Positions 1-9,360 of a stretch of DNA of 64,000 bases are shown piece by piece. Every line of letters begins with the position of its first letter. Within the stretch, counting starts at the first letter, position 1. Where the stretch lies: positions 660 to 64,659 of the forward strand of contig MFRL01000027.1 of NCBI GenBank assembly GCA_001784565.1, given 5' to 3'. A program made the position numbers and the translations under genes. The DNA comes from Candidatus Melainabacteria bacterium GWF2_37_15. Lineage in GTDB: Bacteria > Cyanobacteriota > Vampirovibrionia > Gastranaerophilales > UBA9971. A model generated the notes under the pieces. The model was given only the letters and a program-made list of their open reading frames with translations. It was not told the DNA's origin and made no database searches.

Positions 1-2
1 GG

Positions 3-635
3 GCGGTGAAGCTAAATCAGAACCAGTATGCTTCAAATATGTATCATGATTTGGTTTCAGCGGAAAAAGAGGACAAAATCCCAGAGATTTCTCCACTCGC
101 TACGCTCGGTCGAAATGACGGAGTAAAAACAATTGTTATCCATCCCGGAGTAAGCAAATTAAGCGTCCAGAAAAACATTATAAAATGCTGGGCAACTGAT
201 AATTGGGTAAAATTAATAGAAAAATTGTTATTCACCGGAAATTACAGGGTCCTTTTAACAGGTGGGCCTGATGATGCTGAGGTTATCGAAGTATTTAAGG
301 AGAAGTTTCCTGAAAATATTGCGGAAACCAGGAACATAAAAGATTTTGTGAATATTGTAAGTCAGTCCGATATGCTGGTATGCGTTGATTCTGCGCCAAT
401 GCATATTGGGGTGGGTTTGCGAAAGCCTGTTGTAGCCTTATTTGGGCCAACAGACGAGAAAAAGCTTTTACCAATGAATAATGAACTCTTTATCGCAATT
501 AAAAACGATAATCTGGATTGCAGGCCATGTTTATGGGACAAACGGCAAACTTCCTGTGAAAAGCAGGACTGTTTAAATATTTCACCTGATGAAGTTTTTG
601 CTAGGATTAGTGATTATTTTGTTCAGTTCAAGTAA
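3..635 (+). CDS. Glycosyltransferase family 9 (LPS heptosyltransferase-like), C-terminal part; 5' end lies outside the window
   Basis: The frame is open to the window edge. C-terminal GT9 signatures are present (LLTGGPDD, DSAPMHIGVGL, VALFGPTD). The GTG at 6 is probably internal, because GT9 enzymes are about 330-350 aa. Confidence 0.75.
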   Translation, partial: AVKLNQNQYASNMYHDLVSAEKEDKIPEISPLATLGRNDGVKTIVIHPGVSKLSVQKNIIKCWATDNWVKLIEKLLFTGNYRVLLTGGPDDAEVIEVFKEKFPENIAETRNIKDFVNIVSQSDMLVCVDSAPMHIGVGLRKPVVALFGPTDEKKLLPMNNELFIAIKNDNLDCRPCLWDKRQTSCEKQDCLNISPDEVFARISDYFVQFK

Positions 636-1943
636 GGCAGTATAAGTAGGAAGTACATAAAGCTTTTCATGTTCTTGCACATTATCCAGGGCATGTAAAA
701 AAGCTTTTTGGATATTTTCTTCGACAATTATATTTGTCGGGTTAATTCCTGCGTATTTCAGTCTGACCGCCATATCTGTTGCTCGCACTCCGCTTATTAT
801 TGCGGTTTTGCTGTAATTGGATAAAAGTTCAAAGTTCGCATCCCACAACCACGAAACATCCCTGCCATCAGCGTAGTTGTCATTAATCAGTATAAAAAGT
901 TTTCCATTTTCATCATTTTTTATTGTTCTTAATACTTCTGTCGCGCCTATGGGGTTTTTAATCAGCTGGATAAGTACTTTTTTGCCGTTTAATTCCAGGG
1001 ACTCCGCACGCCCGAAGATAGTTGAATAATTCTCAAATCCTTTTTTAATGGTGTTTATAGGGATTCCTGCACTCAGGGCTATAGTTATTGCGCATAAGGC
1101 GTTATAGCAGTTATACAGTCCGGGCAGATTAACTTTTACCTCAAATTCATCATTTATATATAAAGTCGATGAATTCACATCAACGGTGGCTTTTGCCCTG
1201 ACGTGCGGCTGTGGCCTTTTCACCCCGCATGTGCAGTGAAAATAACCAAGATGCCCGTAAAAAATTTTTGAATAGTTAAAGGTTTCTCCGCAGCTACAGT
1301 TTACTGACTCTTGCGGGGCCTTAATTTTTTCATCCTGGTTTAGAAGTGTTAGTTCTTCAAAGCCGAAAAATACTTTTTCAATTGCGCTGTTTTCCATAAT
1401 TCTTGAAACAATCGGGTCATCAGCGTTCAATATCAGCTTTAACGGCTTTTTGGCCAGAGTTTTTTCTATACCGGTTTCGATTTTTTTCGCTGTAGTGTTT
1501 AATTCCCCGTACCTGTCGAGCTGATCCCTGAACAGGTTTGTTACTGCAATGATGTCAGGGTTGAACTCATCAACTGCCCTTTGTAAAAATGCCTCATCAA
1601 TTTCAAAAACACAGTTATCGCTGTCCATTTTTCCGGTTATGCTGCTAGATTCAGCAACAGCTGTGGTTATGCCGGTAAGCATGTTTGCGCCCCGCTGGTT
1701 ATGGACTACTTTTCTGTTGTCCTGCCTGAGGATAGACGCAATTATGCCTGCTGTGGTGGTTTTTCCGTTTGTGCCGGTTATGGTGATTATTTCTTTTTTA
1801 TTCTGTTTTACAAGGTATGAAAGCAAATGTGGTGAGATTTTCAGGGCAATTTTGCCGGGCAGGTTTGTGCCTGAGCCGGTTTTTGTTAGTTTTATGGCGT
1901 GGATCAGAGTTTTTGCTGTTAAAATTGAGAGTAAGTTCCGCAT
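582..1943 (-). CDS. murT: MurT-like Mur ligase family protein (lipid II isoglutaminyl synthase subunit)
   Basis: It has the Mur-ligase P-loop TGTNGKTTT, a Cys4 ribbon (CSCG...CTCG) and a C-terminal DUF1727-like DGRDVSWLWD. The start was moved to the ATG at 1943 (MRNLL). Confidence 0.8.
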   Translation of the reverse strand: MRNLLSILTAKTLIHAIKLTKTGSGTNLPGKIALKISPHLLSYLVKQNKKEIITITGTNGKTTTAGIIASILRQDNRKVVHNQRGANMLTGITTAVAESSSITGKMDSDNCVFEIDEAFLQRAVDEFNPDIIAVTNLFRDQLDRYGELNTTAKKIETGIEKTLAKKPLKLILNADDPIVSRIMENSAIEKVFFGFEELTLLNQDEKIKAPQESVNCSCGETFNYSKIFYGHLGYFHCTCGVKRPQPHVRAKATVDVNSSTLYINDEFEVKVNLPGLYNCYNALCAITIALSAGIPINTIKKGFENYSTIFGRAESLELNGKKVLIQLIKNPIGATEVLRTIKNDENGKLFILINDNYADGRDVSWLWDANFELLSNYSKTAIISGVRATDMAVRLKYAGINPTNIIVEENIQKAFLHALDNVQEHEKLYVLPTYTALLELNKIITNPSKNFIR

Positions 1944-2055
1944 AATTCTATTATACTTAAAATGAATTATTAAGAAATTGTGGGAAATGTATATTTCCCA
2001 CTTGAAGGATTCCCACAAAATGATATAATATGATCATAAAGATGAGGATAAAAGT

Positions 2056-2328
2056 ATGGCAGTACCAGCAAAAAATTTAAAATTGGATTCTAAAAGAAGA
2101 ATAACACTCGGAAAATTAGCAGAGAATGACGTAACTTCATACGATGCTGAATTAAAAGATGATGGAACAATAATTTTGCATCCAAAAGTGGAGATACCGG
2201 CGCATGAGGCGTGGTTATACAAAAACCCTGAAGCTCTTGCTGGAGTATTAAAGGGGATGGAAGATATTAAAGCCGGAAGAGTAACATATATGGATTTTTC
2301 AGAATATGCGGATGATGAAATAGAATGA
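2056..2328 (+). CDS. Putative type II antitoxin (AbrB/SpoVT-like N-terminus)
   Basis: The product is 90 aa with an LDSKRRITLGK segment. Its stop overlaps the next ATG by 4 nt (ATGA), which is typical TA coupling. Confidence 0.55.
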   Translation: MAVPAKNLKLDSKRRITLGKLAENDVTSYDAELKDDGTIILHPKVEIPAHEAWLYKNPEALAGVLKGMEDIKAGRVTYMDFSEYADDEIE

Positions 2329-2624
2329 AAATTTTTAAACTCGCAGTATCAAGTATAGCTAAAAAACAATTAGAGAGCCTTGAAAAGGATAAAGGGCTTG
2401 AAAAAAGATTAAAAGCAGTAAGAAGAACCCTCGGAATACTGCAGAGAAACCCACGTCATCCCAGCCTAAAAACACATGAATATTCCGGTTTAACTAGAAA
2501 ATATGGCTGTAAAGTTTATGAAGCTTATGCGGAGAATAAAACTCCTGCTGCATATAGAATATTTTGGCATTACGGGCCGGAAGAAAATACAATATCGATT
2601 ATTGAAATAACACCTCATCCGTAG
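2325..2624 (+). CDS. Putative RelE/ParE-superfamily toxin
   Basis: The product is 99 aa and basic, with a C-terminal YRIFWHY...ISIIEITPHP pattern like RelE/ParE-type addiction toxins. It is coupled to the upstream small ORF. Confidence 0.55.
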   Translation: MKIFKLAVSSIAKKQLESLEKDKGLEKRLKAVRRTLGILQRNPRHPSLKTHEYSGLTRKYGCKVYEAYAENKTPAAYRIFWHYGPEENTISIIEITPHP

Positions 2625-2636
2625 GATAATTAAAAA

Positions 2637-3407
2637 ATGACAATAACAATCGCAGATAAAACCTTTAACTCACGCCTGATGGTGGGAACAGGAAAATTTA
2701 CTGACTTTGAAATAATGAAACAGGCGCATATAGCCAGCGGCGCTGATATCGTCACAGTCGCAATTAGAAGGGTTGACATCGGAGCACCGGGCCATGTCGG
2801 ACTTATGGATTATATTGATACGAATAGGTTTTGGATTCTGCCTAATACCGCCGGATGCCAGACAGTTGACGAGGCGGTGCGGGTTGCGCGGCTTGGCCGA
2901 GCTATGGGGATAAATAACTGGGTTAAGCTTGAAGTTATACCTGACCCTAAATACCTGCTACCTGACCCTGTTGCCACACTTGAAGCGGCGAAACAGCTTG
3001 TTGCAGAGGGCTTTGTGGTATTGCCATACATAAACGCTGACCCATTATTGGCAAAATATCTTGAAGAGGCGGGCTGCGCTACTGTTATGCCACTGGCTTC
3101 ACCTATCGGAAGCGGAAAAGGTATTAAAAACGAGGATAATATAAGAATTATAATAGAGCAGTCAAGCGTTCCTGTTGTAGTGGATGCAGGCTTGGGCGTG
3201 CCGTCAGAAGCAGCGCAGGCTATGGAAATGGGCGCGGATTGCGTGCTTGTGAACACAGCAATAGCTCAGGCTGAAAATCCTGCCCAAATGGCTGAGGCGT
3301 TTAAACTTGGGGTTGAGGCGGGAAGGATGGCGTATGAAGCCGGAAGGATTCCGGTTAAGGCGTATGCGAGTGCTTCTTCGCCGTTGACGGGCATTGTTGG
3401 AAAGTAA
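2637..3407 (+). CDS. thiG: Thiazole synthase
   Basis: Full-length ThiG pattern: [40 protein letters not shown]. Confidence 0.95.
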   Translation: MTITIADKTFNSRLMVGTGKFTDFEIMKQAHIASGADIVTVAIRRVDIGAPGHVGLMDYIDTNRFWILPNTAGCQTVDEAVRVARLGRAMGINNWVKLEVIPDPKYLLPDPVATLEAAKQLVAEGFVVLPYINADPLLAKYLEEAGCATVMPLASPIGSGKGIKNEDNIRIIIEQSSVPVVVDAGLGVPSEAAQAMEMGADCVLVNTAIAQAENPAQMAEAFKLGVEAGRMAYEAGRIPVKAYASASSPLTGIVGK

Positions 3408-3415
3408 ATTTTAAC

Positions 3416-3448
3416 GAAAGAAAAGCGGGCTTGGCCCGCTTTTCTTTC
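3416..3448. terminator. Bidirectional intrinsic terminator between convergent thiG and the DUF561 gene
   Basis: Perfect 15-bp stem GAAAGAAAAGCGGGC / GCCCGCTTTTCTTTC with a 3-nt loop. The A/T tracts give a U-run in both orientations. Confidence 0.8.
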
Positions 3449-3473
3449 GTCATGCTGAACTTGTTTCAGCATC
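3448..3473. repeat. REP-like palindromic element, copy 1 (CGTCAT-GCTGAA-CTTGT-TTCAGC-ATC)
   Basis: 8-bp stem ATGCTGAA/TTCAGCAT with loop CTTGT. It belongs to the same family as the copies at 3526 and 20092. Confidence 0.7.
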
Positions 3474-3525
3474 TTGTAAATTATCAACGTAAAGCAAATT
3501 ATAGCTTAAAATTGTTAACTGGAAA

Positions 3526-3551
3526 GATCCCGAAACAAGTTCGGGATGACG
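3526..3551. repeat. REP-like palindromic element, copy 2 (inverted orientation)
   Basis: The sequence is GATCCCGAAACAAGTTCGGGATGACG, with stem ATCCCGAA/TTCGGGAT. Its reverse complement matches copy 1 apart from compensatory stem changes. Confidence 0.7.
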
Positions 3552-3555
3552 TTAT

Positions 3556-4266
3556 TTACACTTTTTCTTTAGCAGCTTCAACCGCTTCCACAATTGCCTT
3601 AACAGCAATAATCATTTCAAACTCGGATTCAAGCCTGTTTACGCAGGAACCAATACCTACTGCGCTTGCGCCTGCTGCAAATGCCATTGGTGCTGTGGTG
3701 GCTGTTATTCCGCTTGCTGTCATTAAAGGTGTTCTTACATTTTTAGAAAGCTCTACTGTGTTTGCTATTGATGCCAGCGCTTTTTCTATTAAACCCCTTG
3801 CACCTGCTGATTTAGCGTCAATTGTTGCTGCGCCTTCTGTCTGAATAAGATCAATGCCGATATCTTCCAAATCCTCGGCAAGGCTTACCTGCTCTGCTAT
3901 ATCAAGATGTCCGGGAACTGTAACGCATATTGGTGTATCATCTCCAACCAATTCGATTGTTCTGTAAGTGATTTCAAGTACTTCTTCGGCTGTTATTCTC
4001 ATGCCTTTTTTGTACATGGCATCAAAGTTACCTATTTCCAGGATGTCAGCGCCGCATTCTTTTGCCATTAAAAGCTTTTCAGGAACAACTGAAGAAACAA
4101 ACACCGGAAGGCTGCATGTTTCTTTAACGAGTTTTATAATATTTTCATCTGCTGCGATATCCACCGCGTCAGCTCCGCCAATTTCGGCTGCTTTAACTAT
4201 TTTAAGCACTTTTTCAATATCGTAATTATCAATACCTGCGATAATTTTAACTTTTAAACCTTCCAT
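3556..4266 (-). CDS. DUF561 / Ycf23-like TIM-barrel protein
   Basis: The product is about 236 aa with an alternating beta-alpha pattern (GADAVDIAAD, GADILEIGNFD, LIQTEGA, GASAVGIGS). The start is set at the ATG at 4266, preceded by GGAGG. Confidence 0.7.
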   Translation of the reverse strand: MEGLKVKIIAGIDNYDIEKVLKIVKAAEIGGADAVDIAADENIIKLVKETCSLPVFVSSVVPEKLLMAKECGADILEIGNFDAMYKKGMRITAEEVLEITYRTIELVGDDTPICVTVPGHLDIAEQVSLAEDLEDIGIDLIQTEGAATIDAKSAGARGLIEKALASIANTVELSKNVRTPLMTASGITATTAPMAFAAGASAVGIGSCVNRLESEFEMIIAVKAIVEAVEAAKEKV

Positions 4267-4453
4267 TATTTTTCCTCCCCATATTTTAAAATGAAACAAA
4301 GACAATTATATCATTATAGTATTTTAAAATTAATACTGTTAAAATTTTTTATAAAAATAATCAATAAAATTAATTTAACGTATCATTCTAGCCCTTTAAT
4401 TTATAATATGTTTTAATAGTTATAACAAATGATATTGTTTCGGGAATATACTT

Positions 4454-4903
4454 ATGAAATTAAACACCAGCAGATTCGGAGAAATTGAGGTTGATGACGG
4501 CCTCGTATTTAACTTTATTGAGCCGATTTTAGGTTACGATAACTTAAAAAAATATGTATTGATTGATAATTCGCCAGAATCACCTTTCAAGTGGCTTCAA
4601 TCTGTTGAAGATCCCAACATAGCTTTTCCAATAACATTTCCAGCTTATTTTGGCATTAATTACCAGTTTGTTATACCTGAAGAAAAAACAAAAAAACTTG
4701 AGGTTAAAGGATCTGAAAATGTACTTTCATTTAATATTGCTTGCATCCCTCAGGGGAAAGTGGAGGACTCTACTGTAAATCTTGTGGGGCCAATAGTAAT
4801 TAATGTTGAAAATAAAAATGCAATGCAGATCGTGCTAACAGATACAAAATTTAGCGTAAAACACAGACTTTTTGATAAGGATGTAGTAAAATGCTCGTCT
4901 TAA
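4454..4903 (+). CDS. fliW: Flagellar assembly factor FliW
   Basis: The N-terminus is FliW-like ([30 protein letters not shown]). The 3' end overlaps csrA, the conserved fliW-csrA pairing. Confidence 0.85.
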   Translation: MKLNTSRFGEIEVDDGLVFNFIEPILGYDNLKKYVLIDNSPESPFKWLQSVEDPNIAFPITFPAYFGINYQFVIPEEKTKKLEVKGSENVLSFNIACIPQGKVEDSTVNLVGPIVINVENKNAMQIVLTDTKFSVKHRLFDKDVVKCSS

Positions 4904-5196
4904 CCAGAAAAAAAGGACAAAAATTAATAATAAACGATAATATAGAAATCACTGTTCTGGAAACCAGGGGTGATTCAGTAAAAATCGGGATAAATGCTCC
5001 GCGTGAGGTTTCTGTTTTCCGTGAGGAAATCTATGAAGAAATTAAAAAAGCAAATGAGCAGGCACAAAGAGAAGTGATTATTGCAGATTTGGATCAAGTC
5101 CTCGCTATGCAAAATGTAAAAAAAGATGTTTCCAATGACTATATGAAAAAGATTCAATCTTTTACTAATAAGCTGAAAAGTAATGACAAAGAATGA
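4891..5196 (+). CDS. csrA: Carbon storage regulator CsrA (long C-terminal extension)
   Basis: [48 protein letters not shown] is a canonical CsrA fold sequence. The product is 101 aa, against about 60-75 aa typically. Confidence 0.9.
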   Translation: MLVLTRKKGQKLIINDNIEITVLETRGDSVKIGINAPREVSVFREEIYEEIKKANEQAQREVIIADLDQVLAMQNVKKDVSNDYMKKIQSFTNKLKSNDKE

Positions 5197-5890
5197 TTTA
5201 TTAAATCAAGCAAGAAAAGAAGTTTTAGTAAATAAAAATTATAAAAAAGCAGTGGAAATCCTTAATAGTATTAAGGAAATTGAAGATATTGAAATTTTTT
5301 ATAATACCCTGGGTCTTGCATACCTTGAAAGCGGGGAATATGGCAAAGCTGCGGAAATTTACAAACAATCAGGAAAAAAATATCCTGCGGGTTTTTGTGA
5401 ATTGTTATCAGGAAACGAGGAAGCAGCCAAAAAACTCTGGGAAAGTGCGCCTGATTCTTCACCATGCCGCTGGGGAAAATGTGTACTCGATTTTATAAAA
5501 TTAAGAAAAGGGCCTGTGCCTACTTATTTACAAATAAGGAACCATCTTGAAACTGACCTTGGGTATTTTATTCAGGCTGATAAACTTCGATATGCTGAAA
5601 ATTTAATGAAAAACGATACTGTTTTTATTTCTGTTAATCTTGAATCGTACAAGTTAATAGGAAGGGTTTTGCTGAATTTTGGCTTTATGAACATGGCGAA
5701 AAAGTATTTTATAAAAAGCCTTGGAGTAGTGCCGGACGATGCAGAATCATATTATTATTTAGGCCAGTATTATTATAAAATCGGGGCTTATGGAGATAGT
5801 AAAAGTGCTATTGAAAAGAGTCTTGCATATAATCAGAGTCATACGCCTTCGAGAAAGCTGCTGGGCAAACTTGAATTGAAGCTAAGATAA
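5183..5890 (+). CDS. TPR-like repeat protein, third gene of the fliW-csrA operon
   Basis: It overlaps the csrA stop by 14 nt. TPR-like helices are present ([34 protein letters not shown]). Confidence 0.5.
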   Translation: MTKNDLLNQARKEVLVNKNYKKAVEILNSIKEIEDIEIFYNTLGLAYLESGEYGKAAEIYKQSGKKYPAGFCELLSGNEEAAKKLWESAPDSSPCRWGKCVLDFIKLRKGPVPTYLQIRNHLETDLGYFIQADKLRYAENLMKNDTVFISVNLESYKLIGRVLLNFGFMNMAKKYFIKSLGVVPDDAESYYYLGQYYYKIGAYGDSKSAIEKSLAYNQSHTPSRKLLGKLELKLR

Positions 5891-5915
5891 ACAGAGGATC
5901 TTTTGTATTTTTAAA

Positions 5916-5943
5916 TTGACTTTTATTCAGGCATAATTAAAAT
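5916..5943 (+). promoter_or_regulatory. Sigma-70-like promoter candidate (TTGACT-N16-TAAAAT)
   Basis: The hexamers were read directly. The site lies 24 nt upstream of the ATG at 5967. Confidence 0.35.
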
Positions 5944-5966
5944 TTTTATAGAGCTAGAGAGGGAAT

Positions 5967-6203
5967 ATGATTACACAATTATTAAACACTATGAACACAA
6001 TATTACAGGCTCCACATGTGAGTCAGATTCAATCCCAGCCTAAAAGTGCGGTAGAAAATCCTTTTGCGTCACCTTTTATTACTGTAAATGTTAAAAAAAC
6101 TACGTTCGGAAGCAAAAACCAGCCGGTTCCGGGCGGATATTTTGCCGGGTATCATAATGACAAGATAAATATTGTAGGTAAGAAACTTTTTATTGCTGTA
6201 TAA
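5967..6203 (+). CDS. Hypothetical small protein (Q-rich, TFG motif at residues 46-48)
   Basis: 78-aa ORF with a GAGAGGG RBS-like stretch upstream. No recognisable family. Confidence 0.4.
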   Translation: MITQLLNTMNTILQAPHVSQIQSQPKSAVENPFASPFITVNVKKTTFGSKNQPVPGGYFAGYHNDKINIVGKKLFIAV

Positions 6204-7050
6204 TCATACAATGCGGTATGCAAACACATTTAAAAACATTGTTAAATCAACTATAAAAGATGACTGCCTGGGGATGGCTTCAAGTATGGCATTTAATTTT
6301 ATGCTCGCCATATTTCCTTTTTTAATAGGAACAACCGCTCTCTTTGGTATCCTTGGAACAGAAGAAACAGTAAATGACATCATTGTGTCTATAAGGACAA
6401 TCGCCCCACCTGATGCACTTTCTGTTATTGAGCGTACGTTGAGGGAAACTATTACCAGTAATTCAAAAGGCGTGCTGACTTTAAGCTTTTTGGTCGGGAT
6501 TTTGTTTGCCTCAAACGCAATAAACATGCTTATGAAATTTTTAAACCGGGCGTATGGAGTGCCGGAAACAAGAAAAATCTGGAAAATACGTGCCCTGACT
6601 TTATGGATAATAATTCTGTTTTTCCTGGCTATATTTGTTATAACAAACATGATTATTATGGGAAGGGTAATCCTTGACTTCCTTGACCATTATATCGGCA
6701 TTCAGGATACTACAATCAATATAATTAACTTTGCTCGTTGGCCTGTAACGTTTTTAACGCTGTTTTTAATTGGTTTTATAATTTATTATTTTATGCCTAA
6801 TATATCCGCAACAGTTAAAAGTAAAATTTTAAGCTCATTACCCGGCACGTTGTTTTTTACAGCAGGTTGGTTGGGTGTTTCTAGGCTTTTTGGTTTATAT
6901 GTTGAAAATATTGCGCAGTTCAGCAGGGTTTATGGTGCGCTTGGAGCTGTGATTATATTGCTTTTGTGGCTTTATTATACTTCGCTTGTTATTTTAGTGG
7001 GTGGAGAGGTTAATTCTGAGTTTTACAGGTATTATAAGGCGCGGGAGTAA
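6193..7050 (+). CDS. YihY/BrkB family membrane protein
   Basis: It has the SSMAFNFMLAIFPFLI motif, multiple TM helices and the C-terminal GGEVNSE typical of YihY. The start is uncertain (6193 or 6211). Confidence 0.8.
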   Translation: MLYNHTMRYANTFKNIVKSTIKDDCLGMASSMAFNFMLAIFPFLIGTTALFGILGTEETVNDIIVSIRTIAPPDALSVIERTLRETITSNSKGVLTLSFLVGILFASNAINMLMKFLNRAYGVPETRKIWKIRALTLWIIILFFLAIFVITNMIIMGRVILDFLDHYIGIQDTTINIINFARWPVTFLTLFLIGFIIYYFMPNISATVKSKILSSLPGTLFFTAGWLGVSRLFGLYVENIAQFSRVYGALGAVIILLLWLYYTSLVILVGGEVNSEFYRYYKARE

Positions 7051-7072
7051 GGATATTTTAGCCAATAAATCA

Positions 7073-7094
7073 GGGCAGACACACAGGTCTGCCC
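7073..7094. terminator. Possible hairpin terminator between convergent genes
   Basis: 8-bp stem GGGCAGAC/GTCTGCCC with a 6-nt loop. The T-tracts are weak. Confidence 0.35.
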
Positions 7095-7116
7095 CTACAA
7101 TATTTGGTTATTCAAG

Positions 7117-7341
7117 TTAATTAACGTTGATATCCAGTTGTTTTGCTATTTGTCCCAGTGTTTCTTTTACTTTCATAGGTTTGTTACAATTATGATGAAG
7201 GTCTTTAAAATAAATTTCAGATAGTTCTTCTTCTTTATGCCCCGATATAAATTTTACAGTATCCATAGGGATTATTTGTGCTGGGCGATCGGTAGGTCTA
7301 ACAAAAATTGCACTTCCGCATCCAAATGATACATTTTTCAT
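7117..7341 (-). CDS. Hypothetical small protein (N-terminus MKNVSFG)
   Basis: 74-aa ORF with an AAGGA RBS-like sequence upstream. No recognisable family. Confidence 0.4.
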   Translation of the reverse strand: MKNVSFGCGSAIFVRPTDRPAQIIPMDTVKFISGHKEEELSEIYFKDLHHNCNKPMKVKETLGQIAKQLDINVN

Positions 7342-7509
7342 AGTTTTATCCTTTTCCTTAAATTATTAACAATAGGTTTAAAACACGTGAAAATAAAAGT
7401 TGATAGTATTGTTAATAAAAATTTACAAAAATGTTCGTTGTGTTATCAAGCTACACGACAGGGCTGCAACATTTAATTGCCGCGTGGGCTAAAGCCCACC
7501 CTATTTTAG

Positions 7510-8139
7510 CTAATTCCCGAGTGCCGTGAAACAGATCACCAACCCCGCAATGTTATTAATATTATTTTTCCGCAATTCGCTGATTAATTCTTCCATTGTA
7601 GCGCCTGTGGTGCATATATCATCAAACAGCACAAGCTTTTTGCCGGAATATTTCTCGGGGAAAATTTGGAACGCATCCTGAAGGTTATCTTTCCGCTCCT
7701 TTGAGGATAGGTGGTATTGCGCTTTAGTGTCTTTGACCCTTTTTATAAGGTTTGTGTTAACTTTAAGTCCAAGTTGCGAGGCAATAAGCTCAATGTGATT
7801 GTATTTTCTCTTTTTTTGCCTTTCATTGTGCATAGGGACAGGTATTATTTCTATATCTTCTTTTAAATCCATCGAGTCAGCGAGGATTTTTGCTATTGTC
7901 GCGGCGAGGTCACGTTTATCGTGGTATTTAATTCCCCGAATAAGCTTTTTAAGTTCTCCTTCATAGGAAAAATAGCCGTATATTGGAACTCCTTTTATAT
8001 TTTTCGTTTTCTTAAAACTTTTAGCTTTTATCTTTTCAAAACAGTTACCGCACAAAGAGCCAAATTCGGCTTTGTTGCCGCATAAATAGCACTTTTTATA
8101 GAAAAAATAATCGAGGATATTACCAAAGAAATCTAACAT
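7510..8139 (-). CDS. comF: ComF family protein (phosphoribosyltransferase domain)
   Basis: It has an N-terminal Cys4 (CYLCGN...CGNCF) and the C-terminal PRTase motif LVLFDDICTTGATM. Confidence 0.8.
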   Translation of the reverse strand: MLDFFGNILDYFFYKKCYLCGNKAEFGSLCGNCFEKIKAKSFKKTKNIKGVPIYGYFSYEGELKKLIRGIKYHDKRDLAATIAKILADSMDLKEDIEIIPVPMHNERQKKRKYNHIELIASQLGLKVNTNLIKRVKDTKAQYHLSSKERKDNLQDAFQIFPEKYSGKKLVLFDDICTTGATMEELISELRKNNINNIAGLVICFTALGN

Positions 8140-8203
8140 TTTTATTAAACTTATTAAACTAACGCAGGATTAACTATAAAAATAATATATGTAAAATAAA
8201 TTA

Positions 8204-9343
8204 ATGCCAGACAAAAGTAAAATACCGGAACTCCCTACAATAGACGAAATCTCTGAAACACTGCCCGCTGTTTCTGAGTACTGTCCTGCTTCGCGGCTGC
8301 CTGAACTTTTTAAGGAGTCACAGAGTGACACTTTGCCTGTTATTGATATGGAAGGAAAGCTTACAGGCATTATTTCAGAGTATGACCTGGCGAAAATCAT
8401 ACCTGACTGGAGTATGGATCAGGAAAGTTACCTTCATGAATACCTTGTAGCGTCACTTATGACAAGGGATGTATGGGCAGAAACCACAAATACCAATATT
8501 TCAGAGTTGTTATCCAATGTAAATAAGATGCACACACGGGTAGTCCCAATAGTTGAAAAAGATGAGACATATACAGGGAGTGTAATTACAAGATCATCAA
8601 TAATACATTACCTTACAAAGCTTGTTAAGCCCCGCTCATTGGGTGGGCTTGCGACTCCGCTTGGGGTTTATATCACAGATGGAAAACATCAGGCAGGGCC
8701 GGGCAACCTGGGTCTTTTTCTTACAGGTGTAGTTCTTGGCTTGATTATTTCTGTAATTGAGGTTATTACTGCGTTTGTAATTAACTGGTTTAATATTGAC
8801 TCGATAGGCGGGCCATATTTTCCACTTATAATTTTAGGACAAATAGTTCTTTTCCTGCTTATATTAAGGTTTACACCACTTGTAAAGATGCACGCTGCTG
8901 AACATCAGACAATAAATGCAATTGAAAAAGGGATGCCTCTTAGTCTTGAAACAGTAAAAATGCAGCCTAAAGAACATGTACGCTGTGGAACTAATTTAAT
9001 GGTGCTTATACTTGGCATACAGATTATTGTAATAATTTATGGGAGTTTTTTAACTCAGTTTGGGCCTTTATTTCAGTTTTTATTCCTTATATTAGGGTTT
9101 TCTTTTATTTTTTCATATTGGAAACGAGGTGGAATGCTTTTACAGAAGTATTTTACTACTGTTAAAGCTTCTGATAAATACATAAAATCAGGAATTAAAG
9201 CGGGAAACGAAATTCTAAAAAAATATAAGGAAGACACCGATCCCCGCTCCTCGTCTATCTTTACAAAAATTTGGAATAGCGGATTGATCCAGATAGTAGC
9301 CGGATTTATACTTGTTAATTTTATCTTTGATATAATTGTATAA
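8204..9343 (+). CDS. CBS-pair domain fused to a DUF1385 (YqhQ-like) membrane domain
   Basis: The N-terminus has two CBS-like units. The C-terminal KMHAAEHQTINAIEKGMPLSLETV...HVRCGT matches the YqhQ motif YHGAEHKVINCYE...HYRCGS. Confidence 0.6.
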   Translation: MPDKSKIPELPTIDEISETLPAVSEYCPASRLPELFKESQSDTLPVIDMEGKLTGIISEYDLAKIIPDWSMDQESYLHEYLVASLMTRDVWAETTNTNISELLSNVNKMHTRVVPIVEKDETYTGSVITRSSIIHYLTKLVKPRSLGGLATPLGVYITDGKHQAGPGNLGLFLTGVVLGLIISVIEVITAFVINWFNIDSIGGPYFPLIILGQIVLFLLILRFTPLVKMHAAEHQTINAIEKGMPLSLETVKMQPKEHVRCGTNLMVLILGIQIIVIIYGSFLTQFGPLFQFLFLILGFSFIFSYWKRGGMLLQKYFTTVKASDKYIKSGIKAGNEILKKYKEDTDPRSSSIFTKIWNSGLIQIVAGFILVNFIFDIIV

Positions 9344-9360
9344 AAGGAGAAATTAACTAA

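Noticed and set aside
6-635. The GTG at position 6 as the true start of the first ORF.
   Set aside because: The product aligns only with the C-terminal half of GT9 glycosyltransferases, and the frame is open to the window edge. It is treated as a 5'-truncated gene.
3266-3844. ORFs at 3266-3487 (minus) and 3431-3844 (plus), containing LKQVQHDE, VMLNLFQHL and KIPKQVRDD.
   Set aside because: These peptides are translations of the terminator and REP-like hairpins. The remainder of 3431-3844 is antisense to the well-supported DUF561 gene. They are not genes.
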